Counted from the stretch's first letter, positions 1 to 8,415 are shown. The stretch is 35,403 nt of DNA from a virus (IMGVR_UViG_3300020042_002516:1-35403); one strand, 5' to 3'. Translations and numbers: made by a program. The notes: generated by a model from the letters alone, not told the origin.

Positions 1-1
1 G

Positions 2-1945
2 GTTTAGGGCATCTTGTTCGCGTAATTCACGGAATGACATTCCCTGACCAAAGCCAATGTTTTGGTCTGCTGCCTCCGCAAGTCTTGTTTTCAGCGGCTC
101 AAGCGCCTTCTCGACGCTGCCAGTCAGAAAATTCCCGCCCTTGGGCTTAATCACGCGAGGGGCACCAGCAGCCGATGCCTTGGCAAACTCCTGCGCACCG
201 TGCTTGATGGCCCCTGGAAGCGCTCCAACGGCCCTCAGAGGCGATCCTGGCCCCAAGTAGAACCCACCACCGATCTGGCCCAGCCCAGTGGCTGCACGGC
301 TCACAGGAGCCTCTGACCTGAACGGCAGGCGCTTCTCAATGTCCTCGGACGTTGGCAGGAATGTCGGGGACTCATTGCCGGTGATCAACTCATACGGCAG
401 CCGGACGAATGACTCGATGTCGCCAGGAGCACCAAGCACGCCAGAGACAAACCCACGGGCCAGATCTACCGGCACGTTCTTGGCAGCCTCGCGGTCTTGC
501 TTGCTGCGGCGAGGCTTCATCTGGGGGAAGACGCCAAAGGCAGCACCACCCTTGTCCATGTGGACATCACCGCCACCGGCCTTGTTTAGGTCTGAGCCAA
601 CAGATTGGGCGGCATCTAGTGCGGCGTCGTAGTGCTTCTGATACCGCCCGTAATCAAAGTCTCTTGCGCCAACAACGCCGTGCTCGGCTATGTTCTCAAG
701 AGCCTGACCGACAAGCTGACTCACATGATCAGGATGAATTGGCCCAACTGAACTGAGCGCACTCTCCATCGCGCTTACAGGCATCGTGTCTGACAAGTCT
801 TCAATCTTGTACACGGGCACGTCACTTATGCCAAGTTGCCGCAAAGCCTCAAGGCGGTGCTGCCCCTCAATTACATTGTTGTTGTGGTCAACGATGATTC
901 GGCTGATGTAACCTTGTGGGCTTGCAATCTTGTCAGCCAACTCCTTGACGCGCTTGGCCTCATTAGGGTCAGACAGTCTGACGCCACCAACAAGTTTGTC
1001 AATCGCAACCGTTTGATTTCCGACAGTCTTGGGGTATTGAAAGTTTGCCTGCCGAACCTGCGAGACATTGTCACTGGGTGGCCGCACTTCAATGTTGCGC
1101 TTCACAGACTCTTTTGGCCCCTTGAGTGACTTAAGCGCCTTCATCAACCCGCCACCGGCCTTGTTCAGGTCGGGGTCGGTCATGTCGTAAGTGCCACGGT
1201 TGCCGATGGCGCTCTTGACTTGTCCAGGCTTGTAGGTCACCACCTCAGACAGATCCCCGTTGCGGTACTGCATCAGGCCGTCATAGCCCTGAGCCTGGGC
1301 ACGCTGCTGCACTTCCTTGCCGATGTAGCCCTTCTGGTCGTAGGCCCGCTCAACCATGCGGGCGGCCTTGCCCTCATCCATACCCAACTTGATCAGCGCC
1401 TCGATCATGGGGTCACCGTTGCCATCAATGATCAACGGGTTCTTGATTTGCGCGTGGACAGGCAAAACATTGGGCGAATGCCTGTCGTAGTTCAATTTGC
1501 TATCCCACGGCGATTCAGCATAGCCCGATGCCCTGCCAGGGTTGGGCGTCAGGTATGTGCCGGAGCCAAGAGCACCCGACTTGCTGGGCCTGATGTTGCG
1601 GATAGCCTCAGCGCCCTTGCCGCCCTCCGTGGCCGTCGTGCCGTGGTACAGGCGCATAGGCGTCTTGCTCTCGGCCAGCATCTTCTGAAGGTTGGCCTCA
1701 CGTTGGGCAGCAGGCAGCACCTCCTGCGTCCCCTTGAGGCCCTTGAGCAGCTTGGCAATACCACCGGCTTGCATGTGAACGTCACCACCAGCAGCGTACT
1801 GCTTGACCTTGCGATCCCACACATGCTCCCGTCCCTTGTACTGGAGCGGAACACCACCACCAGCCGCAGCCCATTCCTGAAAAGATTGCTTCTTGGAAAC
1901 CGAATCGGTTCCGCTTGGCTTTGACTTGGGTTTATTGGTGGCCAT
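2..1945 (-). CDS. Large polyvalent protein, truncated at the window edge: ADP-ribosyltransferase (ART-PolyVal-like) domain, ParB/Srx-like domain and further uncharacterised region
   Basis: Not in the ORF track because it has no stop in the window. Translated by hand from ATG 1945 (upstream AGAAAGG): MATNKPKSKP... open for 648 codons to the edge. ART motifs RLYHGT, GALGSGTYLTPNPGRASGYA, NVLPVHAQIKNPLII, GYDGL, EVVTYKPGQVKSAIGNRGTYD (~1670-1180). ParB-like RIIVDHNNNVIEGQHRLEALRQLG (~1010-800). Confidence 0.85.
   Translation of the reverse strand, partial: MATNKPKSKPSGTDSVSKKQSFQEWAAAGGGVPLQYKGREHVWDRKVKQYAAGGDVHMQAGGIAKLLKGLKGTQEVLPAAQREANLQKMLAESKTPMRLYHGTTATEGGKGAEAIRNIRPSKSGALGSGTYLTPNPGRASGYAESPWDSKLNYDRHSPNVLPVHAQIKNPLIIDGNGDPMIEALIKLGMDEGKAARMVERAYDQKGYIGKEVQQRAQAQGYDGLMQYRNGDLSEVVTYKPGQVKSAIGNRGTYDMTDPDLNKAGGGLMKALKSLKGPKESVKRNIEVRPPSDNVSQVRQANFQYPKTVGNQTVAIDKLVGGVRLSDPNEAKRVKELADKIASPQGYISRIIVDHNNNVIEGQHRLEALRQLGISDVPVYKIEDLSDTMPVSAMESALSSVGPIHPDHVSQLVGQALENIAEHGVVGARDFDYGRYQKHYDAALDAAQSVGSDLNKAGGGDVHMDKGGAAFGVFPQMKPRRSKQDREAAKNVPVDLARGFVSGVLGAPGDIESFVRLPYELITGNESPTFLPTSEDIEKRLPFRSEAPVSRAATGLGQIGGGFYLGPGSPLRAVGALPGAIKHGAQEFAKASAAGAPRVIKPKGGNFLTGSVEKALEPLKTRLAEAADQNIGFGQGMSFRELREQDALN
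570..1171. repeat. 23-bp direct repeat (570-592 and 1149-1171) encoding DLNKAGGG and flanking the ParB-like module
   Basis: ccgccaccggccttgtttaggtc vs ccgccaccggccttgttcaggtc, one mismatch. Confidence 0.9.
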
Positions 1946-1973
1946 GCTCGTCGCCTTTCTGTGGTATGACGGC

Positions 1974-2002
1974 ATCATAAACGGTGGGCTGTGTCAAGTC
2001 CA
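1974..2002 (-). promoter_or_regulatory. Candidate sigma70 promoter for the polyvalent gene
   Basis: Minus strand TGGACT (2002-1997), 17 nt spacer, TATGAT (1979-1974). Confidence 0.4.
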
Positions 2003-2230
2003 TCACTCTGCTGGCTCGTAGGTCATGGCGAAGATGTCAGGCTTGCAGGGGTAGTGCTCCCCCTTCACGCCAGTGATGATCCAATCGCCGGGGCTGACTT
2101 CGTGACCGCCTTCAAGAGTGCTGATCCACCCTGTCCCTATAAAACCGTACAGCGGGCTTACCTCGGGATGGTCACCATGTTCAAACCACTGCGTGGCCTC
2201 AATGACAACTGGCTTCTTGCGATACTTCAT
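2003..2230 (-). CDS. Small conserved phage protein, PGDW/PGDYG-type
   Basis: MKYRKKPVVIEATQW...TLEG...PGDWIITGVKGEHYPCKPDIFAMTYEP; AGAGG upstream of ATG 2230. Confidence 0.8.
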   Translation of the reverse strand: MKYRKKPVVIEATQWFEHGDHPEVSPLYGFIGTGWISTLEGGHEVSPGDWIITGVKGEHYPCKPDIFAMTYEPAE

Positions 2231-2257
2231 TGTTGATGCCTCTGGTGGTGAATGTTT

Positions 2258-2569
2258 GAGCAAAGCGTAGCCTTACCGTGGTCAAGACCAAAGTTCGCTC
2301 TACGCCTCGACGATCCTCTGTATGGAGCCAGTCGTCGCTTACGCTATCCCAGACTTGTTTCAACCGCCCGGCTCTGGGAATTCGCCCACCGCCCCTGCTA
2401 TGGCTTGCTCGTGTCACAGGGTTGTTTAAGACTCCACCACCGACGTGCCGCATGGTGTCCGAGTCGAAGCCGTGAACGCAAAAAGCCGTTACTACTGCAC
2501 TGGGTCGTGTCCCCCCGAAGGAGGCCAATGCATGAGTAACGGCTTTCAACTGCTGCACACGACTGCAAC
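2258..2569 (-). ncRNA. Candidate structured non-coding RNA or leader between terL and the PGDW gene
   Basis: Series of stems: 12-bp perfect 2482-2493/2535-2546 capped by a C-UUCG-G loop on the minus strand, hairpin 2552-2569, 2430-2434/2461-2465, 2393-2397/2417-2421, 2347-2353/2373-2379, 2308-2313/2332-2337. Confidence 0.5.
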
Positions 2570-2592
2570 GACTTGATTCTGACACAGCCAGA

Positions 2593-4011
2593 TCAGATTG
2601 CATAGGGATTAACCCTACGAACTCTGCCGGTATCTGCAAAGTCGTCCTCGTCCCAGTCCTCATCAGGCGGCGGGTCGATGTCCAGCCACCCGGCATCCCG
2701 CAGATACCGCAGGGCCTGGGTGCAGGCGTCCACGAGGTCGTCATGAGTCGTCTCAGGGAAACTACAGATCTGACTGACGAAGCCCTCGGCCCAGTCCTTG
2801 ACGTAGCCCTTGCGGTGGTCAGACTCAGGAATCCACACCCGGCCACGGGCAATCACGTTGGACACAATGTTCAGCCGCTGCATCTTGTCAGCCCGGCCAG
2901 GGTTGTACGCCCTCACCGGCAGGTGGGCACGCTGGAGGTCTTGGATCAAGCTGATGCCAGCCGACTTGTCCTCAATCAGCAGCAAGTCCACCCTCTTCCT
3001 GTCCTTGCCCTCACCGAAGACCGTCTCGTACTCCTCAATGACCTTGGGACGCAGATCCGGGTATTGGAGCCTCTCCTGCCAGCAGTCGATCACCATGGCG
3101 CTCATAGGCCCGTCCTGGGGCTTGAACACCCCAAACGTGATGGCCGCCGTCGGATCGTTCTGCACCTTCTCGCTGGTGGCAACGTCATACGATTGCAGGA
3201 TGTACTCAAAGCGCGGGAAGGGACGCCCTGCTGGCCATAACTTGAACATCTCCCGCTTGACGATGCCGCCCTCCTCGGGGTCGATGATCTCAGCGTAGAT
3301 CTCCTGCCTGCCCAGCTTCGTGCCCTCATAAGCCAGGATCTGCTTGCGGAAGTTCTCCGAAAGATTCTTGAGGTTTGCGTAAGTCGAGGCGGTGGTCAGC
3401 ACCACGTCGTCACCCTCGCGGCCCATCAGGTCAATGATCAGATCCTTCGGCCTGGGCGTGGTGGTGCAGATCATCCGCGTCCTCTTGCCCAGGCGCATAC
3501 CGAATTGAATCTGGTCCCACGCCTCTTGTATATAGTCCCACGCCGCCAGCTCGTCGCACCAGCCCCCATGGAACTGCGGCCCCCTGAAGCGCTCAGGCTC
3601 GGACGCCGGGATGCCCTTGATCAGGCTGCCGTTGGTCAGGCGAAGCTCATGGGCGGTCTTGTTGTAGTCGGCCACCAGGGACTTAGGGATGATGGTCATC
3701 AGGCCGCTGTCGCCCTCAAAGCAGGTAGCCCTCACGTCAGCCGACGTAGGAGCCGCCACAAGCCATCGAGTCCCAGGCTGCTCATACGCCCACCAAGCAA
3801 TCTGCTCCGCCGCTGTACGGGTCTTGCCAGCCCCACGGCCAGCCAGCATCAGCCAGATCGACCACCAGTCCCCAGGCGGGAGGGTCTGATGGGCATGCTG
3901 CGTGGAGAACCAAGACATCCTCCAGGCCCACGCAAGCCGGTACTCAGGGCTGGCCATCGCAAGGTACTTCTGCGTCTGCGGGTCAGCCATGACCTCGGCT
4001 ATGTCACTCAT
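2593..4011 (-). CDS. terL: Terminase large subunit
   Basis: Walker A AGRGAGKT, RGPQFHGGWCDE Walker B, CTTTPR motif, RNase H-like nuclease with QSYD...NDPTA, IEDKSAG and HDDLVDACTQAL. Confidence 0.96.
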   Translation of the reverse strand: MSDIAEVMADPQTQKYLAMASPEYRLAWAWRMSWFSTQHAHQTLPPGDWWSIWLMLAGRGAGKTRTAAEQIAWWAYEQPGTRWLVAAPTSADVRATCFEGDSGLMTIIPKSLVADYNKTAHELRLTNGSLIKGIPASEPERFRGPQFHGGWCDELAAWDYIQEAWDQIQFGMRLGKRTRMICTTTPRPKDLIIDLMGREGDDVVLTTASTYANLKNLSENFRKQILAYEGTKLGRQEIYAEIIDPEEGGIVKREMFKLWPAGRPFPRFEYILQSYDVATSEKVQNDPTAAITFGVFKPQDGPMSAMVIDCWQERLQYPDLRPKVIEEYETVFGEGKDRKRVDLLLIEDKSAGISLIQDLQRAHLPVRAYNPGRADKMQRLNIVSNVIARGRVWIPESDHRKGYVKDWAEGFVSQICSFPETTHDDLVDACTQALRYLRDAGWLDIDPPPDEDWDEDDFADTGRVRRVNPYAI

Positions 4012-4594
4012 TCGCGTCCACTTGCTTGGTCAGCTCAATGTTCTTGAGGAGAGTCGCTAGATAAGTGTCGGCCTCGGACTGGACCTCAATCCTCAGCGGG
4101 TTGTCAACGTCACCAGCATGCTGCACCTTAGTCCCATACTTCTTGGGGTTCCAGCAAGCCAGCAGCTTCAGGCGGTGCTCGGCGCGGTTCTTGTTCCACG
4201 CGATGCTGCCTGAGTCGTAGCGCTTGTTTCCCGCCTCATCGAACACAGCCAGCGGCTCGCCGTCCATGATGGCCAGTGATTGCTCGGCCATGGCGTCGCA
4301 GCCTTCCTCGCGTGCGCGTGCGAACTGTAAAGCGAGGGACTCGTCACCACTCACCCAGTTGTAGACAGCCTGCCGTGTTGGCATACCCACTTCCCCGCAG
4401 ATCTTCAGTAACGACTCTCCCGTACTGATGCGACGGAAGATCTCTGCCAGCAACTCAGGCGAATACTTGATTGGCTTACTTACGTCTTTATAAGCCTTAG
4501 AGACGTTTTCTTGTGTGGCAGCACCCTTGGCCTTAGCTTTAGGCTTCGGGGCTGCTGTAGCTCGTTTTGATGGCTTTGCGGCGGTTTCTGGCAT
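4004..4594 (-). CDS. terS: Terminase small subunit (Sf6 gp1-like HTH)
   Basis: KYSPELLAEIFRRISTGESLLKICGEVGMPTRQAVYNW...ARARE...PKKYG; overlaps the terL start; start placed at ATG 4594. Confidence 0.85.
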   Translation of the reverse strand: MPETAAKPSKRATAAPKPKAKAKGAATQENVSKAYKDVSKPIKYSPELLAEIFRRISTGESLLKICGEVGMPTRQAVYNWVSGDESLALQFARAREEGCDAMAEQSLAIMDGEPLAVFDEAGNKRYDSGSIAWNKNRAEHRLKLLACWNPKKYGTKVQHAGDVDNPLRIEVQSEADTYLATLLKNIELTKQVDANE

Positions 4595-4637
4595 GACCGT
4601 AGTCCTCGTCCGTTTAGATGAGGCAGATGTTACCAAC

Positions 4638-4847
4638 TTACTCGCCGTCGAGCGCAAGATCTGCTTGCTCTGCTTTGTACTGCTCGATCTTGGTGCCCGA
4701 GGTGATCTGCTCAACCAAGTCGTCCTGGCTTGCGACGTGGATGGTGAAGGTGCTGTTTGCGACGTGGCTCAATGCCTGTTGACGCAAGCTGGCCTTAACG
4801 AGACGGGTGCCCTGGGGGCCGTGGACGATGTAGATGCGTTCTGCCAT
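4638..4847 (-). CDS. Hypothetical phage protein
   Basis: MAERIYIVHG...RLVKASLRQQALSHVA; AGGAG RBS. Confidence 0.7.
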   Translation of the reverse strand: MAERIYIVHGPQGTRLVKASLRQQALSHVANSTFTIHVASQDDLVEQITSGTKIEQYKAEQADLALDGE

Positions 4848-4942
4848 GGTGGCTCTCCTGTTTGTTTTGAGTAAACCGATTCGGTTTCTTTTCGCTTCCC
4901 AATCGCTTTGCGTAATAGCTTGCACCATGCAAAAGCGTGGTC

Positions 4943-5185
4943 TTATTTTACTTCAAAGTTAACCGGGTGTGGGCAATTTTCTGGAGGCTTTACCACGCAC
5001 CAGACAGCGCTGTACTTCCCACGGTCTGGCCCTACCCAACGGTCAATGTAGGCATCTGGCATAGCATCAAGTATGCGACTTAGTGAGTCAGTCTCAACTT
5101 GCACTTGCACGGTGATCTGCTTTGTTGTTAAACCGTCTGCGTTGTCGCGCAGCACATTGCGAACGAGGTCGTGCTTAGATTTCAT
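4943..5185 (-). CDS. Hypothetical protein, possible winged HTH
   Basis: VRNVLRDNADGLTTKQI...DAYIDRW; coupled by ATGA overlap to the upstream gene. Confidence 0.65.
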   Translation of the reverse strand: MKSKHDLVRNVLRDNADGLTTKQITVQVQVETDSLSRILDAMPDAYIDRWVGPDRGKYSAVWCVVKPPENCPHPVNFEVK

Positions 5186-5412
5186 GCTTGCGACCTTGCT
5201 CTGATCTCATCGGCGATAAGCTCAGAATAGTTGCGCTCCGGCCCCTCCACCCACTTGTCGGCCACTTTTGCACACGCCTCACGCTCGTCAGCACGGACAA
5301 GGGCTTCAAAGCGTTCAAGAGTTTCAATGCTCATGTGCCCGACTGTTAACTTGTAAATGTCTCCTGACTTTATTCCAGCCTCTCTCGCTATTGCAATGAT
5401 GTCTTGTGTCAT
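5182..5412 (-). CDS. Hypothetical phage protein (EREACA motif)
   Basis: IIAIAREAG...LERFEALVRADEREACAKVAD...IRAR; ATGA overlaps. Confidence 0.7.
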   Translation of the reverse strand: MTQDIIAIAREAGIKSGDIYKLTVGHMSIETLERFEALVRADEREACAKVADKWVEGPERNYSELIADEIRARSQA

Positions 5413-5606
5413 GCTTGCCCCCTTGATTTTTCAATGAGAAGTCGGGCAGCTTTAACGTCACGCACGAGCATTTTTTGCATAGCGTTGTGATGCGGGTCCT
5501 CGCCCGAATTCCGTATTTCAAAGTCAAGGTGATCGGCACACTTCTCCAGTATTGCCGTTAATTTTTTATTCATAGAGCGCAAGGCGCGCAATTCGCGGTC
5601 ATCCAT
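5409..5606 (-). CDS. Hypothetical protein
   Basis: GGAGAGG RBS before ATG 5606; tight coupling to both neighbours. Confidence 0.55.
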   Translation of the reverse strand: MDDRELRALRSMNKKLTAILEKCADHLDFEIRNSGEDPHHNAMQKMLVRDVKAARLLIEKSRGQA

Positions 5607-6078
5607 TGTTCCTCTCCAAGTAAACAATCCATTCCTTTTTCAGATTGCCATTTGCAATTACATGCTTGTCAAACAAATCGCCCACCGTGCCCATCGGGCC
5701 AAACATGGCTGGCTGTACTGCGAGTGGGGCGGCTTGCTCGCACTGCCCCGCGCAAATCACGTTGTCAGGCCCTCCGCAACGACGGCAATTTGTCGGCATA
5801 GGTGTTTTTGCAATAGCCGATTCAAGTCCTGCGATGACTGTTTTTAAAAGCACCACTGCTTTTTGTGTGGTTTCTTTAAGCGCCACAGGCTCCTGCTCTG
5901 GCTTTGGGCTGCAAGTGTGTATGTCACCCTCCCCGCCTAGCTTCTTGCCGCAGCGATCACAGTGCGCCAGCCGGTCGCGCAGGGCTTTAACGATGGATTC
6001 TTGCTTGAGCCAAAAATCAAACTCATCGGCAGTTTCCAACGCATTCAGCGCCTGCTGGAGCAGTTCGCGGTCAGTCAT
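5599..6078 (-). CDS. Hypothetical phage protein with Cys clusters
   Basis: MTDRELLQQALNALE...CDRCG...HTC...EQEPVA...CRRCG...C..C. Confidence 0.65.
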   Translation of the reverse strand: MTDRELLQQALNALETADEFDFWLKQESIVKALRDRLAHCDRCGKKLGGEGDIHTCSPKPEQEPVALKETTQKAVVLLKTVIAGLESAIAKTPMPTNCRRCGGPDNVICAGQCEQAAPLAVQPAMFGPMGTVGDLFDKHVIANGNLKKEWIVYLERNNG

Positions 6079-6179
6079 TCCTCATCCTCCTCATGCTCTG
6101 CCTCGTACTTAGCCTGGGCTGCGGCCACCATACGCTGGATGTCCAGCGCAACCAGTCGGTCAAATTCTTGCTGTGTCAT
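6075..6179 (-). CDS. Small acidic protein (34 aa, below ORF-track cutoff)
   Basis: MTQQEFDRLVALDIQRMVAAAQAKYEAEHEEDEE; exactly fills the gap with TAATG and ATGA overlaps. Confidence 0.6.
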   Translation of the reverse strand: MTQQEFDRLVALDIQRMVAAAQAKYEAEHEEDEE

Positions 6180-6397
6180 TACCTGATCTTGTCAAAGTGG
6201 AGGTGACCGAACACCTTGCGTTGGCCGCAGTCACCGCAGTGGGCACGGTAGGCGTCAGGGGCAATCTCCTCGTGCATCTGTGTGCAGTGGGCGCAAAACG
6301 CCAGATTGTCCTGAGTCAGGTAGCCTGCCCCGATAGGGGTCAGACGGTACATGGTCTGGCCATCTTGACCCATGAACTGCTTGTACAAAATTGACAT
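6179..6397 (-). CDS. Small Zn-ribbon protein
   Basis: FCAHC...PDA...HCGDCGQRKVFG. Confidence 0.65.
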   Translation of the reverse strand: MSILYKQFMGQDGQTMYRLTPIGAGYLTQDNLAFCAHCTQMHEEIAPDAYRAHCGDCGQRKVFGHLHFDKIR

Positions 6398-6436
6398 TTC
6401 GCTTTCCTTCTCTATAGGTGGGGGCCAAAGCCCAAG

Positions 6437-6754
6437 TTAACAAATAAATCCACGTACCGCCACAATTTGGCCGTTTTCACGGATGGCATCTGCACCTGTA
6501 TCAGGGGCTACTACATCGCCAAGGCGTGATCCGGCAAGTGCGTCCAGCACCATGCCGGACACGATGTAGGTAATTCCATCAGCAGGCGCAGGGATACCCT
6601 CGACCATGCCCTTGACAGACTGGCGCAGACGCACCCCGCCACGGATGCCCATGTCACGCTGGGCGACAGATACACGGGCAACTTGGCCCGATGCTGGGAT
6701 TGTCCCCAGACCCTCAACTGTGAGGGCGTGGGGGGTCATATTAACGAACTTCAT
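6437..6754 (-). CDS. Conserved viral protein with N-terminal N(L/M)TPH motif
   Basis: MKFVNMTPHALTV...IPASGQVARV...EGIPAP...YIVS...DVVAPDTG..AIR..GQIVAVRGF. Confidence 0.7.
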   Translation of the reverse strand: MKFVNMTPHALTVEGLGTIPASGQVARVSVAQRDMGIRGGVRLRQSVKGMVEGIPAPADGITYIVSGMVLDALAGSRLGDVVAPDTGADAIRENGQIVAVRGFIC

Positions 6755-7158
6755 TCAGCCTCCTTCTGAAGACGTTCCAGCTCAATGAGCGCTGTTAAAA
6801 GCGCTCCCAAGTCATCCAGCGGGGCGGGCGGCTTATCGTTAAAGCCACCGGCTCCATAGCCAAAGAGGCCGTTGGCTTCTTTTGCCGCCTCCCGTGCTCC
6901 CACCTTAGCGGTGTGAAAGCTGGGGTTGAAGCGGTTCTTCGCCCGATCCCGGGCATTCGCCTGAATTCGGTCTTGCACCCAGCCGCGCATGGCGGCTATG
7001 TGCTTAGACGGTCTTTCGACCGTCACATATGCGTCCTTCGACGCATCCCACACTTGTACGTGTGGGTGCGCTGTTCGCTGGTAACGCACTGGTACTAATG
7101 CGTTAGCCAGTTCGGTGGCCTGCTCGAGATAATTCATATTGACTTTGACTTGATACAT
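6751..7158 (-). CDS. Hypothetical protein
   Basis: 135 aa ORF, GAGGGG RBS, first gene downstream of the promoter cassette at 7205. Confidence 0.6.
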   Translation of the reverse strand: MYQVKVNMNYLEQATELANALVPVRYQRTAHPHVQVWDASKDAYVTVERPSKHIAAMRGWVQDRIQANARDRAKNRFNPSFHTAKVGAREAAKEANGLFGYGAGGFNDKPPAPLDDLGALLTALIELERLQKEAE

Positions 7159-7200
7159 GATTCGCTTTCCCTCTCTATTACCGATCTTTCTGACCGTGAT

Positions 7201-7265
7201 GATAGTGTAACTTGAAATTACACCGCATCACAGTCAGATCAAAATATTTTTTAGGGACAAACCCT
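7201..7265 (-). promoter_or_regulatory. Repeated promoter/operator cassette, copy 1
   Basis: GTGTAA-N7-TTACAC palindrome (7205-7223) overlapping a minus-strand -10 TACACT; AGGGACAAACCCT at 7253-7265. Confidence 0.7.
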
Positions 7266-7669
7266 TAGAAGCTGGGATCGACGTAGTGGTCACGACGGCC
7301 AAGAATTAAGCCGCCCTGACCCTTCTTGAACTTGCCAGTGTCCTGATTGATGTAGCCCTTGACCCAAGCACGGGTCTTGCGGTCCATGCGGTACAAGTTG
7401 GCGTAGCCCCTAGGGTTTGGGGTGAAGGCGAAGGTGGCGCTGCCGTCGTGGGTGCTGCCGCTCACCACAGAGACGTTGTCATCAACGACACGGATCTCGT
7501 ACAGCCAGCGCTTGCCGCACAACTCAGTGACCTCGGTCACGGTGGCTGCGTGACGGTCAGACCACGACAAAGTGGTGGCAGCCATGCCCACCTTGGGGCT
7601 GGGTGCGTCCACAGTCATGCGGCTGTAGAGGTGGTTCACGAGGCTGCTGGTTTGAGTTCCGATGTTCAT
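7265..7669 (-). CDS. Conserved hypothetical phage protein
   Basis: PKVGMAATTLSWSDRHAATV...LILGRRDHYVDPSF. Confidence 0.7.
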   Translation of the reverse strand: MNIGTQTSSLVNHLYSRMTVDAPSPKVGMAATTLSWSDRHAATVTEVTELCGKRWLYEIRVVDDNVSVVSGSTHDGSATFAFTPNPRGYANLYRMDRKTRAWVKGYINQDTGKFKKGQGGLILGRRDHYVDPSF

Positions 7670-7709
7670 GGCGCTGTACTTTCTATGTTGCCTGCGATGT
7701 TGCAGTGAA

Positions 7710-7774
7710 GATAGTGTAATCTAGAATTAAACGATACAGCCCACCAGCCCAATTTATTTCTTAGGACAAACCCT
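7710..7774 (-). promoter_or_regulatory. Repeated promoter/operator cassette, copy 2
   Basis: GTGTAA-N7-TTAAAC (7714-7732); AGGACAAACCCT at 7763-7774. Confidence 0.7.
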
Positions 7775-8066
7775 TACCCTGCCGAAGGTGCGCAAGCAGG
7801 GCAATCACGTCGTACTGATGCTTGGTCGACCATGTCTCAATCTCCCTGACAATAAAGTCGCACCCAGCTTCAAAGCCAGCGATGTACTCCGTCGACACGG
7901 TCTCAGCAGTAGGGGCCTTACAGCCCTCATGCTGGCTGATGAAGTGATCCATCGCGTCAATGATGACGTTGATGGGCGCAGGCATGTGTGGTGGCGCTTC
8001 AGTCGCCCCGCAGGCCAAGCAGGTGAATTTGCCGGTTTTGGCTTCGGTGTAGATGTGGTCAGTCAT
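7761..8066 (-). CDS. Hypothetical protein, possible Zn-binding
   Basis: MTDHIY...FTCLACG...FISQHEGC; GGAG RBS. Confidence 0.6.
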   Translation of the reverse strand: MTDHIYTEAKTGKFTCLACGATEAPPHMPAPINVIIDAMDHFISQHEGCKAPTAETVSTEYIAGFEAGCDFIVREIETWSTKHQYDVIALLAHLRQGKGLS

Positions 8067-8415
8067 GGGTAACTCCGGTGGCTTGCGCAATGGCCTTGCG
8101 GGCCTGGACGAGCGCCCAAGCATCAGGGCAGTGAATTAAAAGGGCGTCGGCTGCGTCAACCAGGGCGGTCAACAACTCAGGTGCAGCGGCTATCAGGCGG
8201 GCGTTGGAAACTTTGTGTTCTGAACAATCAATTCCGTCATCAGGAAGGTAGTAGCCATCTTCATCTTGTGCTGGATACTGGCCTTTAGCGTAGTAGCCCT
8301 CGGGGTCAACCACTACCAGCGTGCGCGTATGCTCAAGAACGCCATACACCGTGTCGCCAAATTGATTGCGCTGCATTACCACCATCCACGGCTTAGGTGT
8401 GTGTTGTGTGCTCAT
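8059..8415 (-). CDS. Hypothetical phage protein (HTPxPW...NARLIAAAPELL family)
   Basis: QHTPKPW and NARLIAAAPELL...ARKAIAQATG. Confidence 0.75.
   Translation of the reverse strand: MSTQHTPKPWMVVMQRNQFGDTVYGVLEHTRTLVVVDPEGYYAKGQYPAQDEDGYYLPDDGIDCSEHKVSNARLIAAAPELLTALVDAADALLIHCPDAWALVQARKAIAQATGVTHD

Noticed and set aside
57-1924. Plus-strand ORFs of 67-234 aa in the ORF track
   Set aside because: They are antisense shadows of the long minus-strand polyvalent ORF, which has an RBS and recognisable domains.
1974-1997. Perfect TTGACA upstream of TATGAT
   Set aside because: The spacer is only 12 nt; TGGACT at 17 nt is the more plausible -35.
2199-2852. 217 aa minus-strand ORF across the terL end and the structured region
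   Set aside because: It overlaps terL out of frame and has no recognisable motif. The region is better explained by base pairing, though a short leader peptide is not excluded.
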